Position numbers and translations under genes: made by a program. DNA of 24,000 nucleotides from positions 50,211 through 74,210 of the forward strand of contig JACATA010000001.1 of the NCBI GenBank assembly GCA_013390375.1. The letters are read 5' to 3'. Under the pieces are notes generated by a model. It made no database searches. It was not told where the DNA came from and was given only the letters and a program-made list of their open reading frames with translations. Shown piece after piece: positions 7,586-15,343 of this stretch. Position 1 is the stretch's first letter. Each line of letters opens with the position of its first letter. Source of the stretch: Marine Group I thaumarchaeote (GTDB lineage: Archaea > Thermoproteota > Nitrososphaeria > Nitrososphaerales > Nitrosopumilaceae).

Positions 7586-7968
7586 TAGATATTCAAATTA
7601 TCATTAAAGGAGAAAAGGCACAAAATTCATTTTCTCAAAAATATTATTATCCTCATGAATCAGACGAGGAAATTTTTTTCAATTCAGTACAATTAGTAAT
7701 AGCTAGGATTGAAAAGAAATTAAAGATCAACCTTAATGAGGTACTTACAATTTTTCTAGATTTTTTAGTACGAGAGCATAGAAAAAAAAGAGACATAGAT
7801 GAGATAAAAGAAAACCTTTCAAAACTTCTTACACATGATCAAGTATTGATTGGAGTTCCAGAGTTGGTTAAAAAGATAGAATTTTCTGGAAGGATTGACT
7901 TAAACCCAAAATTTACAATTGTTCTAAATGAACCCATTCTGATTCCAGAATATATTATAAAGGCGTAA
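7582..7968 (+). CDS. Divergent urease gamma-subunit (UreA)-like protein
   Basis: It aligns ungapped to the local UreA over ~95 residues. The matching blocks are [44 protein letters not shown] and [19 protein letters not shown]. The ORF has no Met codon. The TTG start at 7582 overlaps the TGA (7583..7585) of the ureohydrolase gene. Confidence 0.6.
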   Translation: MIDIQIIIKGEKAQNSFSQKYYYPHESDEEIFFNSVQLVIARIEKKLKINLNEVLTIFLDFLVREHRKKRDIDEIKENLSKLLTHDQVLIGVPELVKKIEFSGRIDLNPKFTIVLNEPILIPEYIIKA

Positions 7969-7990
7969 AAATATTCAAAGAACTTCAACG

Positions 7991-8437
7991 TTAATCCTTA
8001 TACCACCTTGTAATTTTTACAAGAAAATTGATAACAACCAAGTAAATAGCGACAGCGATAATCTGCCCTGTTATTGATGCTAAGTATGGCTCATAATCAA
8101 CCGTTAGAAAGTAAAATTGAAATCCCCACCTAACTATTGTGTAAATGATTTCTGCGATACCTAGTGAGGCAATAATTTTTACTAAATCTGTCTTAAGTAG
8201 TGGCCAATTTGTTTTTCCTGAATTTAGTCTGTATTTGTTTCGATTATCTAGATATAGCAAAAAACCAAGTATTGACAAAAATGTTCCATGATCAGCTAAA
8301 AGAGTAACAGTTGCATTGATGTAATGTTCCTGTTCTATAAGCATCTGGGCTACTATAGCTGAAACTATAAAATCTACTGCAAATGCTATGAAAATATTCC
8401 TGTTTAGTTTTAGATATTGTTTGTATATGTCTTTCAT
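7991..8437 (-). CDS. Uncharacterised 4-TM membrane protein directly downstream of ureD
   Basis: 148 aa with four hydrophobic segments: IFIAFAVDFIVSAIVAQMLI, GTFLSILGFLLYL, IIASLGIAEIIYTIVRWGFQFYFL and ITGQIIAVAIYLVVINFLV. It starts 32 nt after the ureD stop on the same strand. I recognised no family signature. Confidence 0.6.
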   Translation of the reverse strand: MKDIYKQYLKLNRNIFIAFAVDFIVSAIVAQMLIEQEHYINATVTLLADHGTFLSILGFLLYLDNRNKYRLNSGKTNWPLLKTDLVKIIASLGIAEIIYTIVRWGFQFYFLTVDYEPYLASITGQIIAVAIYLVVINFLVKITRWYKD

Positions 8438-8469
8438 ACCTAAACAGAAATTTATTATGTATTAGTATT

Positions 8470-9399
8470 CTAAGTTTTTCTTACACCATTAAATGAAGTG
8501 CCAAGAATTTCCTTTCTTACTATTCTAATAATACCATAAATTGTGGTTTTAATTTCCTCGGATGAATTTCCTAACAATCTAACAACTAAACCACAGTCAT
8601 GTGGCAGCACGGTACAACCACCATTCACTTCAGCATTATCTTGTAGTGCCAGATTAATTTTCTCTTTAATTTGTAAAACAGAATTATTTTTTGAAATTAT
8701 GTAAATAGTTGCTAAGACTGTATAGTTTCCAAAGATGCCAAGTGTTGTCATTTTTTGTTTTTTTGGTTCTAAAAGAAAATTATCTAAAAATTTAGTTTTT
8801 TTATCATTATTACGACAAATCGTTTTTAGATAACAAATATCGTATGAAAAAAATTCCCCCATGGCAACTCTGCCGGGAGTCAGTATTTCGGAATATACGA
8901 GGGTTGCGGAATCTTCAATGTTTAATTCGACTTTTTGATAATATCGTGAATTTTGATATGGAATTAATTGATCTGGTATGAATTCCAAATAGCAGTCTTT
9001 GTTTACAGTAATATTGAACAATTGTGTAGCATAGTTTGAATTCATTTTGTAGATTCGTGTGGCGCCCTGCGTTGTTATATGACATACAGCTTGATTTGTT
9101 AGCGTAATATCTATTCTACACCGATCTCCTTGTATGATTCCACCTGATGGCGACATGATAAACAAATTGGCCATGCTAGGAAGAAATTCATCATAATAAA
9201 GTGCCTTTTGGATGTAAAGTGGAAATTGAGAATATTGATCAGTAACGACAGTTTTATTTTTTTTAGAATCCTTTTCTAGTTTTATTCTTATGAATCCAAC
9301 TTTTCCTGTTTTGCCAACATCCAGCTGAGCTACTTTATGGTCATATGCTGAGAATTCTGAAGGAATGTCATCTGGTTCAACAAATTTTAGATCAGTCAT
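8470..9399 (-). CDS. ureD: Urease accessory protein UreD/UreH
   Basis: The size (309 aa), the position after ureG with a 4-nt overlap, and UreD-like strings (SPSGGIIQGDRCRIDI, ITTQGATRIYK) support the call. Confidence 0.85.
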   Translation of the reverse strand: MTDLKFVEPDDIPSEFSAYDHKVAQLDVGKTGKVGFIRIKLEKDSKKNKTVVTDQYSQFPLYIQKALYYDEFLPSMANLFIMSPSGGIIQGDRCRIDITLTNQAVCHITTQGATRIYKMNSNYATQLFNITVNKDCYLEFIPDQLIPYQNSRYYQKVELNIEDSATLVYSEILTPGRVAMGEFFSYDICYLKTICRNNDKKTKFLDNFLLEPKKQKMTTLGIFGNYTVLATIYIISKNNSVLQIKEKINLALQDNAEVNGGCTVLPHDCGLVVRLLGNSSEEIKTTIYGIIRIVRKEILGTSFNGVRKT

Positions 9400-10055
9400 T
9401 TTGCATTAGTGATTATTTTTTTTGGAGGTTGTTCAAACAATACATCTTCTATTATGTGACGGGCTACAATGTCAACACCTTCATCAGTTTTGCAGTTAAC
9501 AAGTACGTACGGTTTATTTTTTCTAACAGTTTTTGCATCACGTTCCATTATATCCAAATTAGCATCTACTAGTGGTGCAAGATCAATTTTGTTTATTACC
9601 AATAGATCACACGTCTCAATACCCAATCCCCTTTTTCGTGGATATTTATCACCACCTGAAACATCGATAATATAAATAAAATAATCAGCCAAGGCAGGAC
9701 TAAACGTAGTTGTAATATTATCACCGCCGCTTTCAATTATAATTAAATCCAAATCACTGTGTTCGTTTTCTATCTCTTCAATTACAGACAGATTAATTGA
9801 CGGATCTTCGCGAATTGCCGTATGTGGACATCCACCAGTAGCAACACCAATCACTAAATTTTCAGGTAGTAAGCCCTGATTAGTAGCAAGATTTTGCCTC
9901 ATTCTATCGGCATCTTCCTTAGAAATAACATCATTTGAAATAATACTAATTCGATAACCATTCTTTGCTAAAATTGGTACGACTCTTTCAATCAACATGC
10001 TTTTTCCACATCCTACAGGTCCACCGATGCCAATGCGTGGAATTCTTTTTTTCAT
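9396..10055 (-). CDS. ureG: Urease accessory GTPase UreG
   Basis: P-loop GIGGPVGCGKS, the metal-binding GGCPHTAIRED motif, ESGGDN, and NKIDLAP for GTP specificity. Confidence 0.95.
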   Translation of the reverse strand: MKKRIPRIGIGGPVGCGKSMLIERVVPILAKNGYRISIISNDVISKEDADRMRQNLATNQGLLPENLVIGVATGGCPHTAIREDPSINLSVIEEIENEHSDLDLIIIESGGDNITTTFSPALADYFIYIIDVSGGDKYPRKRGLGIETCDLLVINKIDLAPLVDANLDIMERDAKTVRKNKPYVLVNCKTDEGVDIVARHIIEDVLFEQPPKKIITNAK

Positions 10056-10072
10056 ATCAGCAAAGACTAGTT

Positions 10073-10783
10073 TTATGTAATAAACATTTTAGAAAATGTC
10101 TGCTCATGAGCTATTTGTATAACATCATATTCAGGTGCAAATTGCCACATCTCACTTAATGATTTTGAAATGTATTTGTTACAAGTTTCTGCAATAACAG
10201 GTTTTAATTGATGCAGTATTTTTTGACTTTGAATGTGTTCGATCATCCCTAATCTTAGTGCTGCACCAACCATGCTTACGGAAAATCCATAAAGAAAATG
10301 TAACGCTGCCTTTTGTTTTTCAATCCCTAACGAATTAGATACAACACCTATAACTACAGCATGTGTTCCGGGTGTTTTGGAGTTTTTTACCGCCTCATAA
10401 TACTCACTTAAGACGTCATTGTTAACAAAAGAACTAACACATTTTATCATCTGTGTTCCAGATCTACATGTTGCTTCGCGTAATTCCTTAACAAGTTTCA
10501 TTGAAAATAACAATTTATCACATTCAATTATCCTTTCAACATCTTTTGATCCAGTAAAATTGTAAGCATTAGCAAGTGCTACACAGTCAGCAGGTCCAAT
10601 TTGTTGTACAATATTAGTCTGTATTAATTCATAAAGTTCGTCAATTGATGCTATTCGTTTTTCAGAAAATAATGTTTCTAAACCGTTAGACATTGTGTAA
10701 AGTCCGGTAGGAAAAAATGAATCGGAGATCTGCATCAAGCTCAAGTCGCTAAAATCAGTGTTCATGTACATCCATACTAACAT
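10073..10783 (-). CDS. ureF: Urease accessory protein UreF
   Basis: The N-terminal LMQISDSFFPTGLYTMSNGLE matches the UreF signature (L.Q..DS.FP.G....S.GLE). The gene lies between ureE and ureG. The likely true start is an internal ATG (about 10765-10771), which shortens the overlap with ureE. Confidence 0.85.
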   Translation of the reverse strand: MLVWMYMNTDFSDLSLMQISDSFFPTGLYTMSNGLETLFSEKRIASIDELYELIQTNIVQQIGPADCVALANAYNFTGSKDVERIIECDKLLFSMKLVKELREATCRSGTQMIKCVSSFVNNDVLSEYYEAVKNSKTPGTHAVVIGVVSNSLGIEKQKAALHFLYGFSVSMVGAALRLGMIEHIQSQKILHQLKPVIAETCNKYISKSLSEMWQFAPEYDVIQIAHEQTFSKMFIT

Positions 10784-11252
10784 GTGGAATAAAGCGTTGT
10801 TCGTCTACTGTGAGGTCAATTTTATCAATTACTTCATGAAACAGTCTTTGAAACAATTCCATTTCAGAATCATCAAGAATAGGAAAGGAAATTGTTTCAT
10901 TATTGATTGAAATTGGACGATGCCTATTTCCAATAATGTGACCCACAAGAAGAAATAACTCTGGATCGCTGTCCTTGAATTTAACAGTGAGTGTCTTTTC
11001 CGGTAATTGTTCAATTAGAATAGTTTCTGAGGATTCTAAAATTATATCGCCATGTTGTAGTCTTTTTCCAGGTTCAAGCGCTAGACCAATATCAAATCCA
11101 TCTTCAGTTTTTTTTCTTAAACGTGATTTTTCCATCTCAATTCTAGACAATAATAGGCGCCTAAACGTTCCATGTTGTTTTACTTCTTGAAATTTTTTCG
11201 CTAGCTCGGCGTTTTCGTATATATTTCCCGAAACAGCATTAACAATTAACAT
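10755..11252 (-). CDS. ureE: Urease metallochaperone UreE
   Basis: The conserved Ni-binding segment is present (LVGHIIGNRHRPISI; UreE GNRH motif), and the protein has a short His-containing end (HVSMDVHEH). It is the first gene of the ureEFGD operon. Confidence 0.8.
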   Translation of the reverse strand: MLIVNAVSGNIYENAELAKKFQEVKQHGTFRRLLLSRIEMEKSRLRKKTEDGFDIGLALEPGKRLQHGDIILESSETILIEQLPEKTLTVKFKDSDPELFLLVGHIIGNRHRPISINNETISFPILDDSEMELFQRLFHEVIDKIDLTVDEQRFIPHVSMDVHEH

Positions 11253-11329
11253 AAAAATTAGTGGTATTACGGAATTATATTTTTTTATTTATAATTTAAG
11301 GATAAATACCACATAACAGAAATTTACTC
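11253..11329. promoter_or_regulatory. Divergent ureE / ureA promoter region with back-to-back TATA boxes
   Basis: On the plus strand, ATAAATAC (11302..11309) lies 28 nt before the ureA ATG. On the minus strand, AAATATAA (11275..11282) occupies -30 to -23 before the ureE ATG. An 8-bp inverted pair, GTGGTATT (11261..11268) and AATACCAC (11305..11312), flanks the centre. Confidence 0.5.
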
Positions 11330-11632
11330 ATGTATCTTACTCCAAGGGAAATGGACAAATTACATGTCTTTATGACAGCTGAACTTGCTAGAAAACGAAA
11401 AGCAAGGGGTTTAAAATTAAACCATCCGGAATCTGTTGCACTTATTGCTGATCATATTTTAGAAGGTGCTCGTGATGGAAAATCAGTCGCTGATCTAATG
11501 AATTCTGGAAAAACAGTCTTAACAAAGGACGATGTTCTGCCTGGTGTGACAGATATTATTCATACAGTTCAAGTTGAAGCAACATTTGAGGATGGTACAA
11601 AATTAGTCACAGTTCATGACCCAATTGTGTGA
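11330..11632 (+). CDS. ureA: Urease gamma subunit
   Basis: [57 protein letters not shown]...[21 protein letters not shown] is the canonical 100-aa UreA. Confidence 0.95.
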   Translation: MYLTPREMDKLHVFMTAELARKRKARGLKLNHPESVALIADHILEGARDGKSVADLMNSGKTVLTKDDVLPGVTDIIHTVQVEATFEDGTKLVTVHDPIV

Positions 11633-11636
11633 TAAT

Positions 11637-12017
11637 ATGATACCAGGAGAATATTTTCACGCAGATAAATCCATACTGGCAAATGAGGGGCAAAAAACTG
11701 TTCAAGTTAATGTTGCAAGCACTGGCGATAGACCTATACAAGTTGGATCCCACACTCATTTTTTTGAAGTAAATAAGGCGCTTGAGTTTGAAAGGGAAAA
11801 AGCATATGGTTTTCATCTGAACATACCTGCTGGTACATCCGTCAGATTCGAACCTGGGGAATCAAAAAATGTTGAACTAACTGAATACACTGGAAAAAGA
11901 ATTGTTTATGGATTTAATGGTCTCGTAAGTGGTTCACTGGAAAAAAATAAAGAAGATGCATTGAAAAAGGCGGCAGAACAGGGTTTCAAGAATATTGTAA
12001 TAAAACGTGATGGGTAA
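11637..12017 (+). CDS. ureB: Urease beta subunit
   Basis: It opens with the canonical MIPGEY and contains [17 protein letters not shown]. The track ORF begins earlier (11616), but the ATG at 11637 gives the conserved N-terminus, 4 nt after the ureA stop. Confidence 0.95.
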   Translation: MIPGEYFHADKSILANEGQKTVQVNVASTGDRPIQVGSHTHFFEVNKALEFEREKAYGFHLNIPAGTSVRFEPGESKNVELTEYTGKRIVYGFNGLVSGSLEKNKEDALKKAAEQGFKNIVIKRDG

Positions 12018-13731
12018 AATGGTTCTTGAAATTGCAAGAAAACGATACGTTGAACTGTTTGGTCCGACAGTTGGTGACAAAGTACGCCTTGCTGACACTG
12101 ATTTGATCATTGAAGTTGAAAAGGATCTTCTCAAATATGGAGATGAGCTTGTATTTGGTGGCGGGAAAAGTGTACGTGATGGGCTTGGTCAAGCAGCCGG
12201 TGTCATGCGTGACGAATCTGCCGATTTAGTAATCACAAATGCAATAGTCTTAGATCCTGTCTTGGGTATCATCAAAGCAGATATTGGAATAAAGGACGGA
12301 AAGATTCTAAGAGTTGGAAACGCAGGAAATCCAAATGTGATGGATGATGTTGACATTATTGTTTCTTCAAATACTGAAATAATTTCCGGTGAGCATACAA
12401 TTTGTACGCCTGGTACGATTGACAGCCATATTCATTTTATCTCTCCGCAGCAGGCGATTTATGCCATTTGTAGTGGGACTACTACCATGATTGGTGGCGG
12501 TACTGGTCCCGCTGATGGTACAAATGCCACAACTTGTACGCCTGGAGAGTGGAATATACACAAAATGATTGAGGCTGTAGAAGAATACCCACTAAACTTT
12601 GGATTCTTAGGCAAGGGCAATGACTCACGCGAGGAAGCTTTACTGGAACAAATTAAAGCTGGAGCATGTGGCTTGAAACTTCATGAGGATTGGGGAACAA
12701 CTCCGGCTACAATAAACTCGGCGCTAAATGTTGCGGACAAAACTGATACGCAGGTTGCAATTCATACGGATACGCTAAACGAGTGTGGCTATGTTGATGA
12801 TACCATCAACGCAATTGCGGGAAGAGCTATCCACACCTACCATACAGAAGGTGCTGGTGGCGGACATGCGCCGGACATTATGAAGATAGCGGGAGAAGCA
12901 AACATCTTACCGTCTTCAACAAACCCCACTAGACCATTTACGGTAAACACACTTCAGGAACATCTTGACATGATGATGGTTTGCCATCACCTTAATCCTT
13001 CAGTTCCAGAGGATGTCTCTTTTGCTGAATCAAGAATACGGGCTGAAACAATTGCTGCTGAAGACGTCTTGCATGACATAGGTGCCATTAGCATGATGTC
13101 ATCAGATAGCCAAGCAATGGGTAGAGTAGGAGAAGTTACTACCAGAAACTGGCAGACAGCAGACAAAATGAAGAAAATGAAAGGAAGGCTGTCTCAAGAA
13201 AATGGAGATAATGATAATTTTAGGGTAAAAAGATATCTTGCAAAAATTACTATAAACCCAGCAATAACTCATGGAATTTCTGACTATGTTGGCTCACTTG
13301 AGCCAGGTAAAATTGCTGATATAGTTATTTGGACGTCACAGTTTTTTGGAATTAAACCCAAGTTGATAATCAAGGGAGGATTCATAGCATATGCTTTGAT
13401 GGGAGATCCAAATGCGTCAATTCCAACAACAGAACCGGTTTATTATCGCCCAATGTTTGGTGCGCTTGGAAAAGCAAAGCAATCTACGTCGGTTACTTTT
13501 ACCTCACAACTTGCATTAGATAATAAATTAGAGGAAAAGCTAAAAATTCAGAAAAAACTTGTTCCTGTAAAAAACTGCCGCAACATTGGAAAAAAGGATA
13601 TGCTGTATAATGATCAAACGCCTAAGATAGAAGTTGATCCAGAAACATATGAAGTGAAAGTTGACGGTAAAATTGCAACGGTTGATCCTGCCGAGAAGCT
13701 ATCTCTTGCGAGACTTTACAGCTTGTACTAA
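12007..13731 (+). CDS. ureC: Urease alpha (catalytic) subunit
   Basis: [16 protein letters not shown] is present, together with the Ni ligands and active-site strings [20 protein letters not shown] (carbamylated Lys), [29 protein letters not shown] and SSDSQAMGR. In-frame start candidates are GTG 12007, ATG 12010 and ATG 12019. All of them overlap or abut the ureB stop at 12015..12017. Confidence 0.97.
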   Translation: MMGKMVLEIARKRYVELFGPTVGDKVRLADTDLIIEVEKDLLKYGDELVFGGGKSVRDGLGQAAGVMRDESADLVITNAIVLDPVLGIIKADIGIKDGKILRVGNAGNPNVMDDVDIIVSSNTEIISGEHTICTPGTIDSHIHFISPQQAIYAICSGTTTMIGGGTGPADGTNATTCTPGEWNIHKMIEAVEEYPLNFGFLGKGNDSREEALLEQIKAGACGLKLHEDWGTTPATINSALNVADKTDTQVAIHTDTLNECGYVDDTINAIAGRAIHTYHTEGAGGGHAPDIMKIAGEANILPSSTNPTRPFTVNTLQEHLDMMMVCHHLNPSVPEDVSFAESRIRAETIAAEDVLHDIGAISMMSSDSQAMGRVGEVTTRNWQTADKMKKMKGRLSQENGDNDNFRVKRYLAKITINPAITHGISDYVGSLEPGKIADIVIWTSQFFGIKPKLIIKGGFIAYALMGDPNASIPTTEPVYYRPMFGALGKAKQSTSVTFTSQLALDNKLEEKLKIQKKLVPVKNCRNIGKKDMLYNDQTPKIEVDPETYEVKVDGKIATVDPAEKLSLARLYSLY

Positions 13732-13759
13732 TTACTGACCTGCAATATAGGGAAAAATG

Positions 13760-13767
13760 ATAAATTA
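13760..13767 (+). promoter_or_regulatory. TATA-like box for the radical-SAM gene
   Basis: ATAAATTA lies 28 nt upstream of the ATG at 13788, the same spacing as at ureA. This suggests the gene has its own leaderless transcript rather than relying only on read-through from ureC. Confidence 0.4.
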
Positions 13768-13787
13768 GAACGCTGACAAGTTAAATT

Positions 13788-14669
13788 ATGATGTTAAATT
13801 ACGCCGAACCTGTCTACCGACCGCCATCTGAAGCAAAATCGCTAATTTTTCAAATAACAATAGGTTGCTCATTTAACGAATGCTCCTTTTGTGATATGTA
13901 CAGAAATAAAGAATACAGCGAAAGATCATGGGATGAAGTCAAAGCGGAAATTGACTTAATGGCGAAGCAACTTCCAGACACAACTAGAATTTTTCTTGCG
14001 GACGGCGACGCGTTGAATTTATCAACGGATTATATGGTTAAGATTGTTGAATATCTTTACAATAATTTTCAAAAATTGGAAAGGGTATCGTGCTACGCAA
14101 TGCCGATGAATTTACTCAAAAAGACACCAGAAGAATTGAAAAAAATGAATCAGGCAGGTCTGAATATGCTATACCTTGGAATAGAAAGCGGCTCCGATAT
14201 TATTTTAAAGAAGATTACAAAAGGCGCCACATCTGAAACGATCATAAGAGCCTGTCGAAAAGCAATAGAAACAGGATTTACGTTGTCATGCATTATTATT
14301 TTAGGGCTGGGAGGAAAAACTTACACCAAGGAACACATCCGAGATACGGCACGTGTTGTTAACGCTTCATCACCGCATTATCTTGGCACGTTAACTTTGA
14401 TTTTAGAAACAGGCGTTAAAGAAGAATTTCTTACAAAGTTTGGGGAGGAATTTCATCCAATCAATGATGATGAGGCTTTGGCTGAATTACATGACTTGGT
14501 TCAGCAAATTAACGTTAAAGAAAAAATGGTATTTCGTGCAAATCATGGCTCTAATGCATATAATATTGGTGGCATTTTCCCTGACGAAAAAGACGAAATG
14601 CTTAAAAAAATAGCTTGGCTAAAAGAGCATCCCGAAAATGTTAGACCAGAAGGATTCAGAGCTTTCTAA
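13788..14669 (+). CDS. Radical SAM domain protein with an atypical CX4CX2C cluster motif
   Basis: YRPPSEAKSLIFQITIGCSFNECSFCDMY carries the Cys triad with 4 and 2 spacers. The downstream GDAL and LYLGIESGSD strings are typical of the radical-SAM half-barrel. I did not recognise the subfamily. Confidence 0.8.
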   Translation: MMLNYAEPVYRPPSEAKSLIFQITIGCSFNECSFCDMYRNKEYSERSWDEVKAEIDLMAKQLPDTTRIFLADGDALNLSTDYMVKIVEYLYNNFQKLERVSCYAMPMNLLKKTPEELKKMNQAGLNMLYLGIESGSDIILKKITKGATSETIIRACRKAIETGFTLSCIIILGLGGKTYTKEHIRDTARVVNASSPHYLGTLTLILETGVKEEFLTKFGEEFHPINDDEALAELHDLVQQINVKEKMVFRANHGSNAYNIGGIFPDEKDEMLKKIAWLKEHPENVRPEGFRAF

Positions 14670-14687
14670 AAATTTGGAGAATATTAA

Positions 14688-15212
14688 ATGTCATTTGTGC
14701 TTTGGATGACAGGATTACCGTGTTCTGGCAAGACAACTATAGCAAGAAAGTTACAAGAACTTTATCCCAAACTAGTTGTACTTGACGGAGATGAACTTAG
14801 AGCACAGTCCTCATCAAATGATTTTTCAAGAGAAGGTATAAACGAAAACAACAGGAAAGTTGCTAATCTGGCAAAAGATTTTTCAATGTCTAAGCCTGTT
14901 TGTGTTTCTCTTATTAGCCCATTTAAGGAAAATAGAGAAGATGCACGTAAAGTGATAGGTGATGACAAGTTTATTGAAGCATACATCGAATGTTCACCTT
15001 CTGTTTGTGAGGAAAGAGATGTTAAGGGCATGTACAAAAAAGCCCGACGAAATGAAATCAAGGATTTCATAGGGGTACAGACAGATTATGAGATTCCAGA
15101 TAAACCTGATCTAACTGTTAATACAGAAACCAACTCTCTTGACGAGTGCGTAGGTCAAATTACTGAGTATCTATTAGATTATGATCAAAACTTTGAAGAT
15201 AACTTTGGTTGA
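14688..15212 (+). CDS. cysC: Adenylyl-sulfate (APS) kinase
   Basis: LWMTGLPCSGKTTIARKL (P-loop), LDGDELR, LISPF and KGMYKKARRNEIKDFIGVQTDYEIP are all CysC hallmarks. The gene starts 18 nt after the radical-SAM gene. Confidence 0.9.
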   Translation: MSFVLWMTGLPCSGKTTIARKLQELYPKLVVLDGDELRAQSSSNDFSREGINENNRKVANLAKDFSMSKPVCVSLISPFKENREDARKVIGDDKFIEAYIECSPSVCEERDVKGMYKKARRNEIKDFIGVQTDYEIPDKPDLTVNTETNSLDECVGQITEYLLDYDQNFEDNFG

Positions 15213-15218
15213 ATCACT

Positions 15219-15236
15219 GGAATGGGTCCACAGGGA
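15219..15236. repeat. Distal att direct repeat (displaced copy of the tRNA-Val 3' end)
   Basis: GGAATGGGTCCACAGGGA here matches GGGATGGGTCCACAGGGA at 16751..16768 in 17 of 18 positions, with a perfect 15-bp core. Confidence 0.85.
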
Positions 15237-15343
15237 CCAAGACACTTTGATGGGTTCTTTTTTGGTTCCGTTTTGTGCGTAACTTGTTATGGAACTTGTC
15301 TTGCCATTAAACGTGATCGTTTTTTTCAATAAAAAAATACGAT

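Noticed and set aside
7156-7623. 155-aa minus-strand ORF overlapping the 3' half of the ureohydrolase gene
   Set aside because: It lies antisense to the region that encodes the conserved SWDIDTFDP and VEVSP motifs. It has no motif of its own and is a shadow ORF.
9345-12561. Small ORFs overlapping the ure genes (9345..9572, 9469..9675, 9965..10159, 10829..11014, 10975..11190, 11607..11816, 11934..12134, 11986..12192, 12367..12561)
   Set aside because: All are embedded in, or antisense to, canonical ureD/G/F/E/A/B/C frames whose motifs are unambiguous.
13732-13795. Possible C/D-box sRNA in the ureC / radical-SAM spacer (ATGATAA and ATGATG with CTGA elements)
   Set aside because: The box order and spacing are wrong. 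The order is D-like, C-like, D-like, C-like, with only ~9-18 nt between boxes. There is no terminal stem, and the ATGATG is simply the start of the radical-SAM ORF.
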